From Arenicellales bacterium (GTDB lineage: Bacteria; Pseudomonadota; Gammaproteobacteria; Arenicellales; Poriferihabitantaceae), in assembly GCA_965200715.1 (NCBI GenBank), contig OZ241374.1, positions 1,365,718-1,429,717 of the forward strand: DNA of 64,000 nucleotides, read 5' to 3'. The notes below the pieces were generated by a model, which saw only the letters and a list, made by a program, of their open reading frames with translations, did no database searches and was not told where the DNA came from. The translations under genes were made by a program, and so were the position numbers. Of this stretch, positions 49,488 to 59,855 are shown piece by piece (position 1 is the stretch's first letter; each line of letters opens with the position of its first letter).

Positions 49488-50906
49488 ATGCAGGTTATCA
49501 CGCGTTTCCCTCCAAGCCCGACTGGGTATCTGCACTTAGGCGGGGCAAGAACTGCTCTGTTTAACTGGCTTTTTGCCCGCAAATCGGATGGAAAGCTGGT
49601 TCTTCGCATCGAAGATACAGACCGCCAACGCTCAACAGATGAAGCGACCCAGGTGATTCTTTCGGCAATGGAGTGGCTTGGTCTTGATTGGGATGAAGGT
49701 CCGTATTACCAGACGCAGCGGCTTGAACGATATAAAGAGGTTATTGCGCAGTTGCTTGAACAAGGGGATGCTTATTTATGTTCCTGTACTCCAGAGAGGC
49801 TTGGTAAGCTTCGTATGGAGCAAAAAGATAAGGGAATCAAGCCTCGTTATGATGGACACTGTCGAAATGCTGGGTTGAGTCGAAAGCCTGGGGAAAATTA
49901 TGTAGTTCGATTTAAGAATCCGCTATCGGGTTCAGTCTCGTTTACCGATCATGTGCATGGCACTGTTACGGTACAAAATAGTGAACTAGATGATTTAGTC
50001 CTAGAGCGTAGTGATGGCATGCCAACCTATAACCTTGCAGTTGTAGTGGATGACATGGATATGAAGATTTCGCATGTGATCCGTGGTGATGATCATATCA
50101 ACAATACGTTTCGGCAAATCAATCTCTTTCGGGCTTTGGGACATCCCTTACCAGAGTTTGCCCATGTACCATTAATTCTTGGTTCAGATCGAAAACGGAT
50201 GTCTAAGCGGAATGGAGATGTGAATGTTCTCGATTATCGAGATCGTGGCATTTTGCCCGAGGCATTGATAAATTATCTGGTTCGTTTGGGATGGTCACGT
50301 GGCGATCAAGAATTTTTCACGAGAGAGGAAATGATTCAGCATTTTGATTTTGCTCAAATAAACAAATCCTCAGCCGGTTTTGATATGGAGAAACTGTTAT
50401 GGATGAATCGACATTATATTGGACAGACATCAATCGATCGTCTTGTTCCGGAAGTAAAGAAGTTTCTCTCTTTTCGGATGCATGATTTAGAGAATTGCCC
50501 TGACCTCGGTTCTGCGATAAAGCTTCATCAAGAACGTGCATCGACCCTAGTCGAGCTTGCGAATCAAATTGAGTACTTGTTCAAGCCTGTAAAAAACTAT
50601 GATGCACAAGCTTTATCCAAACATTGTGATGAGTTTACTGCTGAATTGCTTCAAGAGATTTGTATCGTTTTTTCGGACCTTGAGTGTTGGACACAAGAAT
50701 CAATTAGTACAGCACTGAAAACAGTTGTGAGATCCAAGAAAATGAAATTTCCCCATCTAGCTCAGCCACTCAGAATCGCTATATCGGGATCCGTTCAGAC
50801 TCCGTCAATCGATGCTACTTTGGCTGTATTGGGGTGTTTTGAGACGATACAGCGCACTCAATCATTTATCAAATATCTTGACAAAGAAACAATTTCCCCA
50901 AATTGA
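49488..50906 (+). CDS. gltX: Glutamyl-tRNA synthetase
   Basis: 472 aa. RFPPSPTGYLHLGGARTALFN (HIGH), KMSKRNG (KMSKS). Confidence 0.95.
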   Translation: MQVITRFPPSPTGYLHLGGARTALFNWLFARKSDGKLVLRIEDTDRQRSTDEATQVILSAMEWLGLDWDEGPYYQTQRLERYKEVIAQLLEQGDAYLCSCTPERLGKLRMEQKDKGIKPRYDGHCRNAGLSRKPGENYVVRFKNPLSGSVSFTDHVHGTVTVQNSELDDLVLERSDGMPTYNLAVVVDDMDMKISHVIRGDDHINNTFRQINLFRALGHPLPEFAHVPLILGSDRKRMSKRNGDVNVLDYRDRGILPEALINYLVRLGWSRGDQEFFTREEMIQHFDFAQINKSSAGFDMEKLLWMNRHYIGQTSIDRLVPEVKKFLSFRMHDLENCPDLGSAIKLHQERASTLVELANQIEYLFKPVKNYDAQALSKHCDEFTAELLQEICIVFSDLECWTQESISTALKTVVRSKKMKFPHLAQPLRIAISGSVQTPSIDATLAVLGCFETIQRTQSFIKYLDKETISPN

Positions 50907-51195
50907 ACTGAAGATAATTTTGCACGCTTGCGCTTTCGAATTACCTGTAGTACGAAAATCATCGAAAAATTTGATCTAATATCATGAAATTACCAAAAAA
51001 ACCGTTTATCAAATTACCCATGAATGGTAAATGAATTGCGGAACTATCAATCAAATTAACCGTAATATTAATGTAAAAAATAGGATTGGGATTGCACCCT
51101 ATGGTTTGTCCCTGTGTTCCTAGTGAGTGCTTTGACCTTATGAGTTACATATGAAAACTGCATTTACCTGTTGTATTTTCAAAAGAACAATATCA

Positions 51196-51990
51196 ATGAA
51201 TGATGATCAAAAAAGATAGCTAGAGGCATTCCTCAAACAAATGGAGGGTGCACCTCCGCCTGTTTTTGTTGGAAGAACTCCCATCATGAATGATATTGCG
51301 TTGGGGGTTGAGCAGGTGTGGAAGGGTATAGAAGCCCGTATCATGGTATGGAAAAAACGACGCGCATTATCCAAGGAGCACCTGGAGCAGGTAAGAGTTC
51401 GATCCTGAATGAAATGGCACAGAATTCAGAAAGGCTATACAAGAAGAGCGGAACAGCGCCGATGGTGATAACTCTCAAGTCTGGTGACATCCAGTCATCG
51501 GTAGATATTCTCAATCCAGTAGCTGAGAAGATGTATCCTGAGAAAGCTCACGAATTCATGGTCAGGATCGTAAAAAAATTGGCAACGAGACCAGCTCATA
51601 ATTTGAACTGTTGCAAAGTCTCCATGATAATTGTCGACTGCCTATTGTTTTGGTTCAGGCTGGGCTCAGCGATACCAAACACTCTGCTGGCAAGATGGAC
51701 CTGACCCGTATTCCAGCTGGGCAAATACACAACATCGATATGAGGAAATCATCAATTTCATCAATACATGTAAAATACTTCTAGCTATTCACTTCCAGAA
51801 GGAATGGGCGCAAAAGAATTCTTTGTTCATCTCTTGCATAAGGGAGTTTTGCATGAGGAATCTGTTAATCGATTTTGTCTGCTCGAACCCATCTTTCCGT
51901 ACCTATTTGCTTGATCAGGGCGGAGCAGTAGAGAGTTCTACTTCAACGGCAAGCTCTAGTAACAGCAATTCTCTACCAATTGACTGACCT
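51196..51990 (+). pseudogene. Degraded P-loop NTPase (AAA/STAND-like ATP-binding protein) remnant
   Basis: Fragments in shifting frames: MNDDQKR*LEAFLKQMEGAPPPVFVGRTPIMNDIALGVEQV / TTRIIQGAPGAGKSSILNEMAQ (Walker A, track ORF 51318..51704) / PIVLVQAGLSDTKHSAGKMDLTRIP. Contains an in-frame stop and at least 2 frameshifts. Confidence 0.5.
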
Positions 51991-52198
51991 CTTCAAGATT
52001 CTTCATTCGTTTCGTTTCTAGAATTCATCATCTCTGGATAATTCCACATTTAAAGTTCAAATCGGAAAATATTGACCATTTAAGAATTATTTCACTCAGT
52101 CAAACCTCTAATCTTCAATAAAAATTAACATAAATGAATAAATCCTGTAATTTTGCTCTTGATAATTCAGAATGCCAAGAATAGAATACATGCTCCTA

Positions 52199-52274
52199 GG
52201 GGCCATAGCTCAGCCGGGAGAGCGCAACACTGGCAGTGTTGAGGTCGGCGGTTCGATCCCGCCTGGCTCCACCA
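52199..52274 (+). tRNA. tRNA-Ala (anticodon GGC)
   Basis: Acceptor GGGGCCA/TGGCTCC with the G3:U70 identity pair. Anticodon stem CAACA/TGTTG with loop CTGGCAG. T-loop TTCGATC. Encoded CCA. Confidence 0.92.
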
Positions 52275-52311
52275 GTAAAACCCGAATTGAATGTGACACG
52301 GGTTTTGGACG

Positions 52312-52388
52312 GTCCCCATCGTCTAGTTGGCCTAGGACATCGCCCTTTCACGGCGGCAACAGGGGTTCGAATCCCCTTGGGGACGCCA
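52312..52388 (+). tRNA. tRNA-Glu (anticodon UUC)
   Basis: Acceptor GTCCCCA/TGGGGAC, anticodon stem TCGCC/GGCGG with loop CTTTCAC, T-loop TTCGAAT, encoded CCA. Confidence 0.9.
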
Positions 52389-52440
52389 TATACTTTGTGT
52401 GGCATCAGTTTGTTTCATTTGGGTAATTCTATCCTGCATG

Positions 52441-55245
52441 AAGTATAAGTTTAGCCATATTATTCTGGCATTATCGCTATCTTACATGGCCTCGGCGGAT
52501 ATCGTAAAGAGTCCAGAAGATGATAAGCAATACCGCTATCTAGTTCTGGATAATTCATTGAAAGTATTGTTGGTAAGCGACCCATCAGCGGAAAAGGCGG
52601 GCGTTTCTCTTGACGTGCATGTGGGGTCTGGATCAGATCCTAATGACTGGGCTGGACTGGCCCATTTTCTTGAGCATATGCTGTTTCTCGGTACTCGCAA
52701 ATATCCAGATTCAGGTGAGTATCAAAAATTTATAAGTACGCATGGCGGTACTCATAACGCGTATACCTCTCATGCTCATACCAACTATTTTTTTAGCATC
52801 GGAGCCGACTATCTTGAACCTGCCATGGATCGGTTTTCGCAGTTTTTTCTTGAGCCTTTGTTTGACCCTAATCTAGTCGACAGTGAACGAGCGATCATTG
52901 AATCGGAATATCAATCTCTAAAAAAGGATGAATTTCGGCGTCTCTGGGATGTGCAAAAAAACTGGTTGAATCCCGAACATCCCTCCTCGAGATTTTCCGT
53001 AGGTTCTTTGGAAACATTGAGAGATCGTGAAGGATTATCTGCTAGAGAAAAGCTCATCCAGTTTTATGAGAAATACTATTCTGCTAATTTGATGGCACTT
53101 GCTGTGGTAGGAAGAGAACCTTTGGATCAGTTGGAAGTATGGGCTACTGAGAAGTTTTCAAACATTACCAATAATGACGAAAAAATACCAAGGCACGAGC
53201 AAACATACTTCAATCGCAAAATTATGCCCGCAAGAATTGATGCGATTCCGGAAAAAGAGTTATACAGTTTGAGTTTTACATTTCCGGTACCTTCCACCTA
53301 TACGGAGTATAAATCAAATCCGCTTGGCTATATCTCTCATTTACTGGGACATGAGGGGCCTGGGTCTTTGTTTGATGTTCTCAAGCGAAAGGGTTGGGTT
53401 GAATCGCTCAATGCTGGGCCTAGTTTTATGGACCATGTTCAGGGTAGTTTTTCTGTATCCATGAATCTAACAAAGGCAGGACTCAGTGAAATTGCGAATA
53501 TCGGTGAATTACTATTTCAGATGATTAATCTGATCAAGGAAAAGGGGATACAAGAATGGCTCTTTAAAGAGCAAGAAAAATTGGGAGAAATTGCCTTCAG
53601 ATATGCCCAAGAATTGGATCAGGGTAGGCTAGCACAATCTCTATCTTCACGTTTGCAGCGTTATCGATATCATGATGTTTTGACTGGACCCTACCTCACC
53701 GAACATTTTGATTCGGAACGAATTGGTCAATTATTGGATTATCTGACGCCACAAAATGTGAATTTACGCGTCGTTGCGCCAGATCTTGATACAAATCAAG
53801 TAAGTGAAAACTACAACGTCCAATATCGACTTTCCGGTATAGAAAGTCAAATGATCGAGCGTTGGGTTAATGTAGAGCATAATCCGCTTCTGACAATTCC
53901 TACTCCAAATCGTTTTATTCCGAGCCGTCTCGATTTGCTTGAGGACCAAGTAGCTTCTTCAACCCCGATCAGGCTAGATAATCAATATGGCATTGATTTA
54001 TGGTATCAATACGATGATGAGTTTAAAGATCCCAGAGCTAACCTGTATATCAATTTCATGTCCCCAATATCCAATCGTAATCCTGACAATCGGATAATTA
54101 CAGAGCTATATGTACGACTTGTCATCGATCAGTTAAGTGATATTGTTTACGATGCATATCTTGCTGATCTTGGTTATGAATTATTTTCACATTATCGGGG
54201 AATTACGTTAAAGATTTCCGGTTTTGAAGACCCACAGGCAGATTTGCTACAAGTAGTTCTGAATGCACTATTCAATCCGAATTTTGAACAACAACAACTA
54301 AATATAGTGCGTCAGAGTGTTGAGCGGAGCCTGAAGAATATTTTTCTTGACACCCCAGTTAATCAAACAATTCATGAACTTTATCGAATTCTTCTAATTC
54401 CTTACTGGACGGAAACTGATCGTCTTCATGCACTCAAGGGTGCAAATATGGAATCTCTACAAAATTTTCAAAAGCAATTTTTTCGTGATATGCAAGTTGT
54501 CATGCTTTCGCATGGTGACGTGAGTTCAGAATCTAGCTTGCAGAAGGCTGAGAAGGTTGCAAAATTGATATCCGAGCATCACCCAAAGGCGGATACTCCA
54601 CGTATTGAATTACGCAAGCTCGACCAAGACCGATCATGGTTGCGTACGATTGATGTCGATCATTCTGATGCCGCATTGACAGTGTATTTTCAGAGTTTCA
54701 GTAATTCGCTAGATGAACGTTCCAAAATGGCCCTGCTTGCTCAGATTCTACGTCCAAAATTCTATAACCAGATTCGGACCATTAATGAAGTTGGATATAT
54801 TGTACATTCGGGATCATTCAATCTTGAGCGTACTCCGGGTTTATTTTTTGCATCTCAAAGTTCTACGCATTCTCCATCTGAAATGTTTGGTTTGTATGAT
54901 GAATTTCTAAAATATGCTCAAGCTTATCTCGCAAATATGTCAAATGAGGAATTCGAAAAAATCAAAAAGGGATTGATTACGCGAATTTTAAGAAAGCCAT
55001 TGAAATTGTCTGATCGTACTTCAAGACTGTGGCAGGAAATCGATCTAGAGGAATTTGATTTTGATACCCAAGAGAAACTAGGGGACAGAATTAGTGAACT
55101 GTCTATCGAAGAGATTCAGTTGTTTTATGAAACGAGAATCTTAAACAATCTATCCCGCTTGGTTGTCCAATCGACAGGAAATGATTTACAAGGACCCATT
55201 CAGGGAAATTTTCTTGCGATCGAATCTGCTTCTTCTCTGAACTGA
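52441..55245 (+). CDS. M16-family zinc protease (pitrilysin/insulinase-like)
   Basis: Track ORF starts at 52399. Likely start is MKYKFSHIILALSLSYMASA (signal peptide). Inverted zinc motif GLAHFLEHMLFLGT (HxxEH). Confidence 0.88.
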   Translation, partial: KYKFSHIILALSLSYMASADIVKSPEDDKQYRYLVLDNSLKVLLVSDPSAEKAGVSLDVHVGSGSDPNDWAGLAHFLEHMLFLGTRKYPDSGEYQKFISTHGGTHNAYTSHAHTNYFFSIGADYLEPAMDRFSQFFLEPLFDPNLVDSERAIIESEYQSLKKDEFRRLWDVQKNWLNPEHPSSRFSVGSLETLRDREGLSAREKLIQFYEKYYSANLMALAVVGREPLDQLEVWATEKFSNITNNDEKIPRHEQTYFNRKIMPARIDAIPEKELYSLSFTFPVPSTYTEYKSNPLGYISHLLGHEGPGSLFDVLKRKGWVESLNAGPSFMDHVQGSFSVSMNLTKAGLSEIANIGELLFQMINLIKEKGIQEWLFKEQEKLGEIAFRYAQELDQGRLAQSLSSRLQRYRYHDVLTGPYLTEHFDSERIGQLLDYLTPQNVNLRVVAPDLDTNQVSENYNVQYRLSGIESQMIERWVNVEHNPLLTIPTPNRFIPSRLDLLEDQVASSTPIRLDNQYGIDLWYQYDDEFKDPRANLYINFMSPISNRNPDNRIITELYVRLVIDQLSDIVYDAYLADLGYELFSHYRGITLKISGFEDPQADLLQVVLNALFNPNFEQQQLNIVRQSVERSLKNIFLDTPVNQTIHELYRILLIPYWTETDRLHALKGANMESLQNFQKQFFRDMQVVMLSHGDVSSESSLQKAEKVAKLISEHHPKADTPRIELRKLDQDRSWLRTIDVDHSDAALTVYFQSFSNSLDERSKMALLAQILRPKFYNQIRTINEVGYIVHSGSFNLERTPGLFFASQSSTHSPSEMFGLYDEFLKYAQAYLANMSNEEFEKIKKGLITRILRKPLKLSDRTSRLWQEIDLEEFDFDTQEKLGDRISELSIEEIQLFYETRILNNLSRLVVQSTGNDLQGPIQGNFLAIESASSLN

Positions 55246-55278
55246 ATTTAGTATTTGTCTGAATGAAAAGCAGATCGA

Positions 55279-55515
55279 ATGTTCAACAATTCAGACCATG
55301 ATTCTCTATTTCAACTGAGTTCTAGAATCGGTGATCGATTAACTGCTAAAGGTCAAACTATTACTACAGTAGAGTCATGTACTGGTGGTGGCGTTGCCTA
55401 TGCTCTGACTATGGTTCCGGGTAGTTCCAAATGGTTTCATCGTTCATTTGTAACTTATACCAATCAGGCGAAAACCGAGCTAGTTGGTGTTCCAGAGGAA
55501 CTCTTTATTACTCAC
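55279..55515 (+). pseudogene. pncC: pncC/cinA-C-domain (NMN amidohydrolase) 5' fragment, 79 codons, truncated by IS insertion
   Basis: TTVESCTGGGVAYALTMVPGSSKWFHRSFVTYTNQAKTELVGVPEELFITH parallels E. coli PncC up to ...LAQH|GAVSE. Confidence 0.8.
55512..55515. repeat. Target-site duplication TCAC (left copy)
   Basis: TCAC directly abuts both IS ends. Removing the IS plus one copy restores ATT ACT CAC GGT GCG (ITHGA). Confidence 0.7.
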
Positions 55516-57701
55516 CCGAAGTTTAACATGTAGTGTTCCAACCTATTGATAATTTGCAATTAAAAAAATCGAGTGGCACTACAAGTGCATTCATCCACCG
55601 ATTTTCGGTGGATGAATGGAGGTTGAGTCTGACTTAGACGACGGTTTTTTGCAGTCTACGAGGTGGGGTTTTCAATCCCATTGCCTGGTAGAACGTGGAC
55701 TGGATGGCATCCGGCATGGCGGTTTTTCGCAAATGTAGGGTGCGGCCATCCCGTCGCTGGAAGGTGGTTGTGGTTCTGCAGATGGTGCTGAGAGTTTCAC
55801 GAATCATGCCCCAGCTGTCATGATGGCCCTGCGCCTTCATGCGGGTGCGTAACACACATACCGCCTGATACGCCAGTACCGCGATCAATAGATGGGAACA
55901 ACAGCGCTCAGTGGTCTGGTGATACACCGGTCGCATGCCCAGTTCGGATTTCAGAGCACGAAACACCGACTCCACTTCGGTCAGGGTATGATCGATCCTC
56001 CAGAGTGTCTCCCCATCCCAGTTGAGGATGTTACTGCGCAAGGCATAGACGCCAGGATGGGTCATCATGGTGCCGGATTTTGGGTCAAACTGCCAGTCGA
56101 CCCGACTCACCCGGGTATCGTCATCGGTAGTGATCAGATTCAGCTGATAATGCCGGGCGACTCGGGAATGAGATTTGTGCAGACGACCAAGACGTTGCTG
56201 AATCACGGCGATGGTATTGCGGGCTTTGGGCTTACCCAGTGATTGATTGAGTTGCGTGAGCTGTTCTTCATAGTTCTTTTGATGATGCCTCAGCAGTGAC
56301 TGTTCCTTGTCGGCTCGCGCCTCCGAGTAGCAACGCACATAGGATTCCTGCCAAGTCTCCCCGTTTTCCTGATGCTCCACCAACTCCTGGTAATACTGTA
56401 CTTCCCGGTTTGCACGATTGGTCAAGGTTTCAAGCTGGGCATGTTCGAAATCGAATTCCCGCGTCTGCTCACGAGACACCACCACATATTGATAGCCCTG
56501 CTCACGCAGCCAAGCCAGGTTGGAAGCCGAGGCAATGCCGCGGTCCATGACCACAACGGCTCCCGGTTTCCCACCAAGCTGACCCATCATCGTCTCAAGA
56601 GTCTGAACTTCGGCAACATTACCGGCAAACATGCGGGATTTCATCACAAATCCACTGGCATCCACCACCAGTCCAAGGGTCAGCAACCGGCAGTCACTGC
56701 GCTTTTCTTTCGAACGCCCAAACTGGGCTTCGGGAATCTGCTCCGCCGAACCTTCAAAATAAGTATTGGTTAAGTCATAGAATGCCAGGGTTGGTTGCAG
56801 CTGAAACAGCGAGCAAGCCCGCTCAAATACCTGCTCTTCGATGCCCTGCTGATGATCCAGCAGCTTATCCGAGACCCGATGCAACGTCATCTCGCTCAAG
56901 GCACCAAAGTCCTGACCGAGCAACTCCCCAGTGGCACTGATATTGCTCAGCCAGTGATGCGTTTGCCGGTCGGATGCCGGAGCAATCATGCGGGCGATGA
57001 TCAAACCCAGGGCAACCCGCTGCTGACGAGGGTTGAACCCCAATTCCAACAGCCGCTCGGGCAGGCCCAGTTCCTGCACCGCCTGAAGTGCCGCATATTC
57101 ACCTCCAATGCTCCGCACATCATGATCCTGGACCGAATTGAGGTCTACGGTTTGCCAGTCCGGTCCCGACTCGACCGAGACGCGTTCCGGGACCGCCTGC
57201 CCCTGACGCTGGTTGAGAAGATTGGCAATGCGGTGCGCTTCCGCTTCGAGTGTTGGGTCGATCTCTCCATATCCAATGGGCACCTGACCGCTACGCAACT
57301 CTTCAATGCGCTGGCAGAGTAGCGGCCAGTACTCCCGCTCAATTGAAAAATACCGGCCCAGATTCAATAAGGTAAGCTGTCGGACTTGTGCGCCATTTCG
57401 AACGCTCTCGACGAGTCGGAAACTGTAGTGGACCGTTCCATCCGAGCTGGTTCCGGTCTTAGCTTGACGAATGTACATGATCGATTGGAGCTATTCAATA
57501 TTTCGGAACGGTCAATCGTAGCAGTGGGTTACAAGCGCTGTCAATACCCATACCTTATTACATGTCACTACATTTTCTAGAAGGCCTCGAAATCCGTAAA
57601 AAAGGGGCTAAAAAGGCCATAAAAGGACATATTTATGGACCAGAGATAGACCAAATAGGATTTTGACCTAGATCAGATAACGCAAAAATGTTAAAGATCG
57701 G
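55516..57701 (-). mobile_element. IS1634-group (IS4 superfamily)-like insertion sequence, 2186 bp
   Basis: Imperfect terminal IRs CCGAAGTTTAACATGT / rc CCGATCTTTAACATTT (13 of 16). One 614-aa transposase. A sampled line has ~58% G+C versus ~45% or less in the flanks. A perfect 14-bp-stem hairpin (55588-55618) lies just after the transposase stop. Confidence 0.85.
55634..57478 (-). CDS. IS1634-family DDE transposase
   Basis: 614 aa. Family-typical opening MYIRQAKTGTSSDGTVHYSFRLVESVR, then FYDLTNTYFEG...GRSKEKRSDCRLLTLGLVVDASGF...FAGNVAEVQTL. Confidence 0.88.
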   Translation of the reverse strand: MYIRQAKTGTSSDGTVHYSFRLVESVRNGAQVRQLTLLNLGRYFSIEREYWPLLCQRIEELRSGQVPIGYGEIDPTLEAEAHRIANLLNQRQGQAVPERVSVESGPDWQTVDLNSVQDHDVRSIGGEYAALQAVQELGLPERLLELGFNPRQQRVALGLIIARMIAPASDRQTHHWLSNISATGELLGQDFGALSEMTLHRVSDKLLDHQQGIEEQVFERACSLFQLQPTLAFYDLTNTYFEGSAEQIPEAQFGRSKEKRSDCRLLTLGLVVDASGFVMKSRMFAGNVAEVQTLETMMGQLGGKPGAVVVMDRGIASASNLAWLREQGYQYVVVSREQTREFDFEHAQLETLTNRANREVQYYQELVEHQENGETWQESYVRCYSEARADKEQSLLRHHQKNYEEQLTQLNQSLGKPKARNTIAVIQQRLGRLHKSHSRVARHYQLNLITTDDDTRVSRVDWQFDPKSGTMMTHPGVYALRSNILNWDGETLWRIDHTLTEVESVFRALKSELGMRPVYHQTTERCCSHLLIAVLAYQAVCVLRTRMKAQGHHDSWGMIRETLSTICRTTTTFQRRDGRTLHLRKTAMPDAIQSTFYQAMGLKTPPRRLQKTVV

Positions 57702-57705
57702 TCAC
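57702..57705. repeat. Target-site duplication TCAC (right copy)
   Basis: See left copy. Confidence 0.7.
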
Positions 57706-57978
57706 GGTGCGGTCAGTCTTGAAGTGGCGGCAGCGATGAGTCGTGAAGTGCGGAAGGTTGTGGCGGCTGATTATAGTATTGCAATTACGGGCATTGCAGG
57801 CCCGGGTGGAGGTACCAAAAACAAACCTGTGGGTACGGTCTGTTTCGGCTGGTCAACACCAGTTCTTAAAGTTAGTGTTGAGCGCATGCAATTTTCGGGC
57901 AATCGAAATTCAATCCGATTTCAGTCAATTTATCATGCGCTTAGCTTGATGCTCAAACTGATCAAAAATGAGACATAG
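57706..57978 (+). pseudogene. pncC: pncC 3' fragment (90 codons)
   Basis: GAVSLEVAAAMSREV...DYSIAITGIAGPGGGTKNKPVGTVCFGW...FSGNRNSIR parallels E. coli PncC (GAVSEPVVVEMA...[29 protein letters not shown]...FSGDRDAVR). Confidence 0.8.
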
Positions 57979-58119
57979 CCCGATTTTCTAAACCTGTATG
58001 AGATCTTAAATAAATCCAACGAATTTGACCTAAAACTACCTATAACTACTCCCCTCAAAAAACTGAAATAGAGTGTTATTGAGTGTTTATCCAAACAATT
58101 CATGTGTTGCGGTATTTCT

Positions 58120-58320
58120 ATAATTTTTCTTCGAGTATGCTGACTGTATTTCCTTTCAGTATCTGTTCAATCGCAGTCAATGGGTTGTATTCGAGCCGAG
58201 CCGGTTCATCGTTTGCAGGTAGCTAGTGACTCGACAATAAGTTTCTGCCATCTTGAAGGAGTGGAAGGTCCTGAACATTTTCTGTTTGACTTTACTCATC
58301 GTAATCTTACGCCGAGATGC
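58120..58320 (-). pseudogene. C-terminal remnant of a transposase (IS66-family-like tail), frameshifted
   Basis: Own minus-strand translation: ASRRKITMSKVKQKMFRTFHSFKMAETYCRVTSYLQTMNRLGSNTTH*, then in another frame YNPLTAIEQILKGNTVSILEEKL*. This matches, from memory, the ...ERDIRM.KVKQKISG.FRS..GA..FCRIRSY.ST..K.G.N tail. No upstream DDE region is present. Confidence 0.4.
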
Positions 58321-58751
58321 TAATTTAAAATATAAGGGATTTATATACATCAGTTGACATCAAACCACTTGATATATCATTCAAACTCTTGGAAAGGTCA
58401 AACCAACAATGAATCAGAGCTAGAAAATGAATAACATGGCTCATAAAAAGCTTGATGGATATTCGTTATAAGCGCCATCGAATAACTAGCATTCATACGG
58501 CAATCATGGTTTAGCCACATTGGAACTTTCGTGACTTAGCCAGGACCAGCCGCCAATGGTGGTGTTTTCCGGGACTCATGCACATAGGTAGCCGGTATTC
58601 TCGTCGACAAACAGTCGCAATAGATGTACTAGTGGGATTTTTGCAGGACATGCGAGCCTATACAGGTAATCGAATTTTTTGATCCTTGCCAATTTATAAT
58701 ATAAGTCCCTAATTACCTTGAATATGACCAGTTGCGAAAATTTGGGTAACA

Positions 58752-59219
58752 CTATTTATTCATCAGTTCCCTTAGAACCTGATCTGGATGATCAGACATT
58801 GCGCTAACTTTCTTCCAGTGTTTAACTACGTTGCCATCGGGCCCTATCCAAACGGTTGAACGGATCACTCCTAGTCTTTTGACCCCATACAGCATTTTTT
58901 CTCGATAAGCATCGTATTCGGTCATCATTGTCATATCTGGATCACACAATAAATCAAACGGCAGTTCATATTTGCTAATAAACTTGGTATGTGATTTTGG
59001 TTTGTCTGGAGAGACTCCTAGAACAACCGATCCAGTTGCAAGAATATCTTCCCAAATATTCCTGAAATTACATGCCTGTTTTGTGCATCCTGGTGTATTG
59101 TCCTTTGGGTAGAAATATATGATCACATCCTTTCCACGAAACTCCTTAAGAGTACGAGGTTTATCATGTTGATCATTCAAAACAAAATCTGGGGCGGGTT
59201 TTCCAACTTCGAGAGCCAT
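58752..59219 (-). CDS. bcp: Thiol peroxidase Bcp (peroxiredoxin)
   Basis: 155 aa. GKPAPDFVLNDQ...VIIYFYPKDNTPGCTKQACNFR. Confidence 0.88.
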   Translation of the reverse strand: MALEVGKPAPDFVLNDQHDKPRTLKEFRGKDVIIYFYPKDNTPGCTKQACNFRNIWEDILATGSVVLGVSPDKPKSHTKFISKYELPFDLLCDPDMTMMTEYDAYREKMLYGVKRLGVIRSTVWIGPDGNVVKHWKKVSAMSDHPDQVLRELMNK

Positions 59220-59855
59220 GATGATAATCCTGCTTCAAGAATAATAAATTTTAACGAAATGATGAGTTCATGAATAATATCGCTTCAGGAGAGAGTAAAG
59301 ATCCAACTGCCATGTTAAGATTAGATGGAATTTCCTAGATCGAATAAGATCTATTCTACGCCTTTCATTGATTTATTGACTCAGGCCAGTGTTACGACCC
59401 CAAACTCTAAAGGACACAAGCATACACTCAAAATATTGCTTTACATAGAGTCAGAGCAAATACAAATCTCAACAGGTAGATGGCGGCAAAGAATCAAGGC
59501 ACATGGTGCTCTAGGCACGGATGATCCGGTTGCTCAAGACTCTTTACCATAAGTTTACTCATTCGAATAATACCTATAACTGTAACACACTTCTATAGAC
59601 ATCAACAAACTTCTTGAGTTGTCTATAAATTGCCTAAATGGATCATCCATTTCATGAAACTTTATGTAATGAAAGACAAATAGTTCACTGTTTTGTCAGT
59701 CGATTATGCTATCTCAACTTGTAATTAACGGGTAAAAATACGAATAAACGAGTCGATCACAAGAGTTCGATACGATTATTCAAGTCTCAAATGTAAGAAT
59801 AATCTCTTCGTGTTATACATTTGTCTCCCAATGTTGTACAGATTGGATTAACCCA

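Noticed and set aside
52172-52448. Three 69-84-aa ORFs
   Set aside because: They overlap tRNA-Ala and tRNA-Glu, whose cloverleaves fold cleanly.
55600-55611. 12-mer GATTTTCGGTGG shared by both IS elements (also at 62280-62291), each next to a GC-rich hairpin downstream of the transposase
   Set aside because: Single short match in opposite contexts. Most likely coincidence or a common donor bias, and not enough to claim a shared functional motif.
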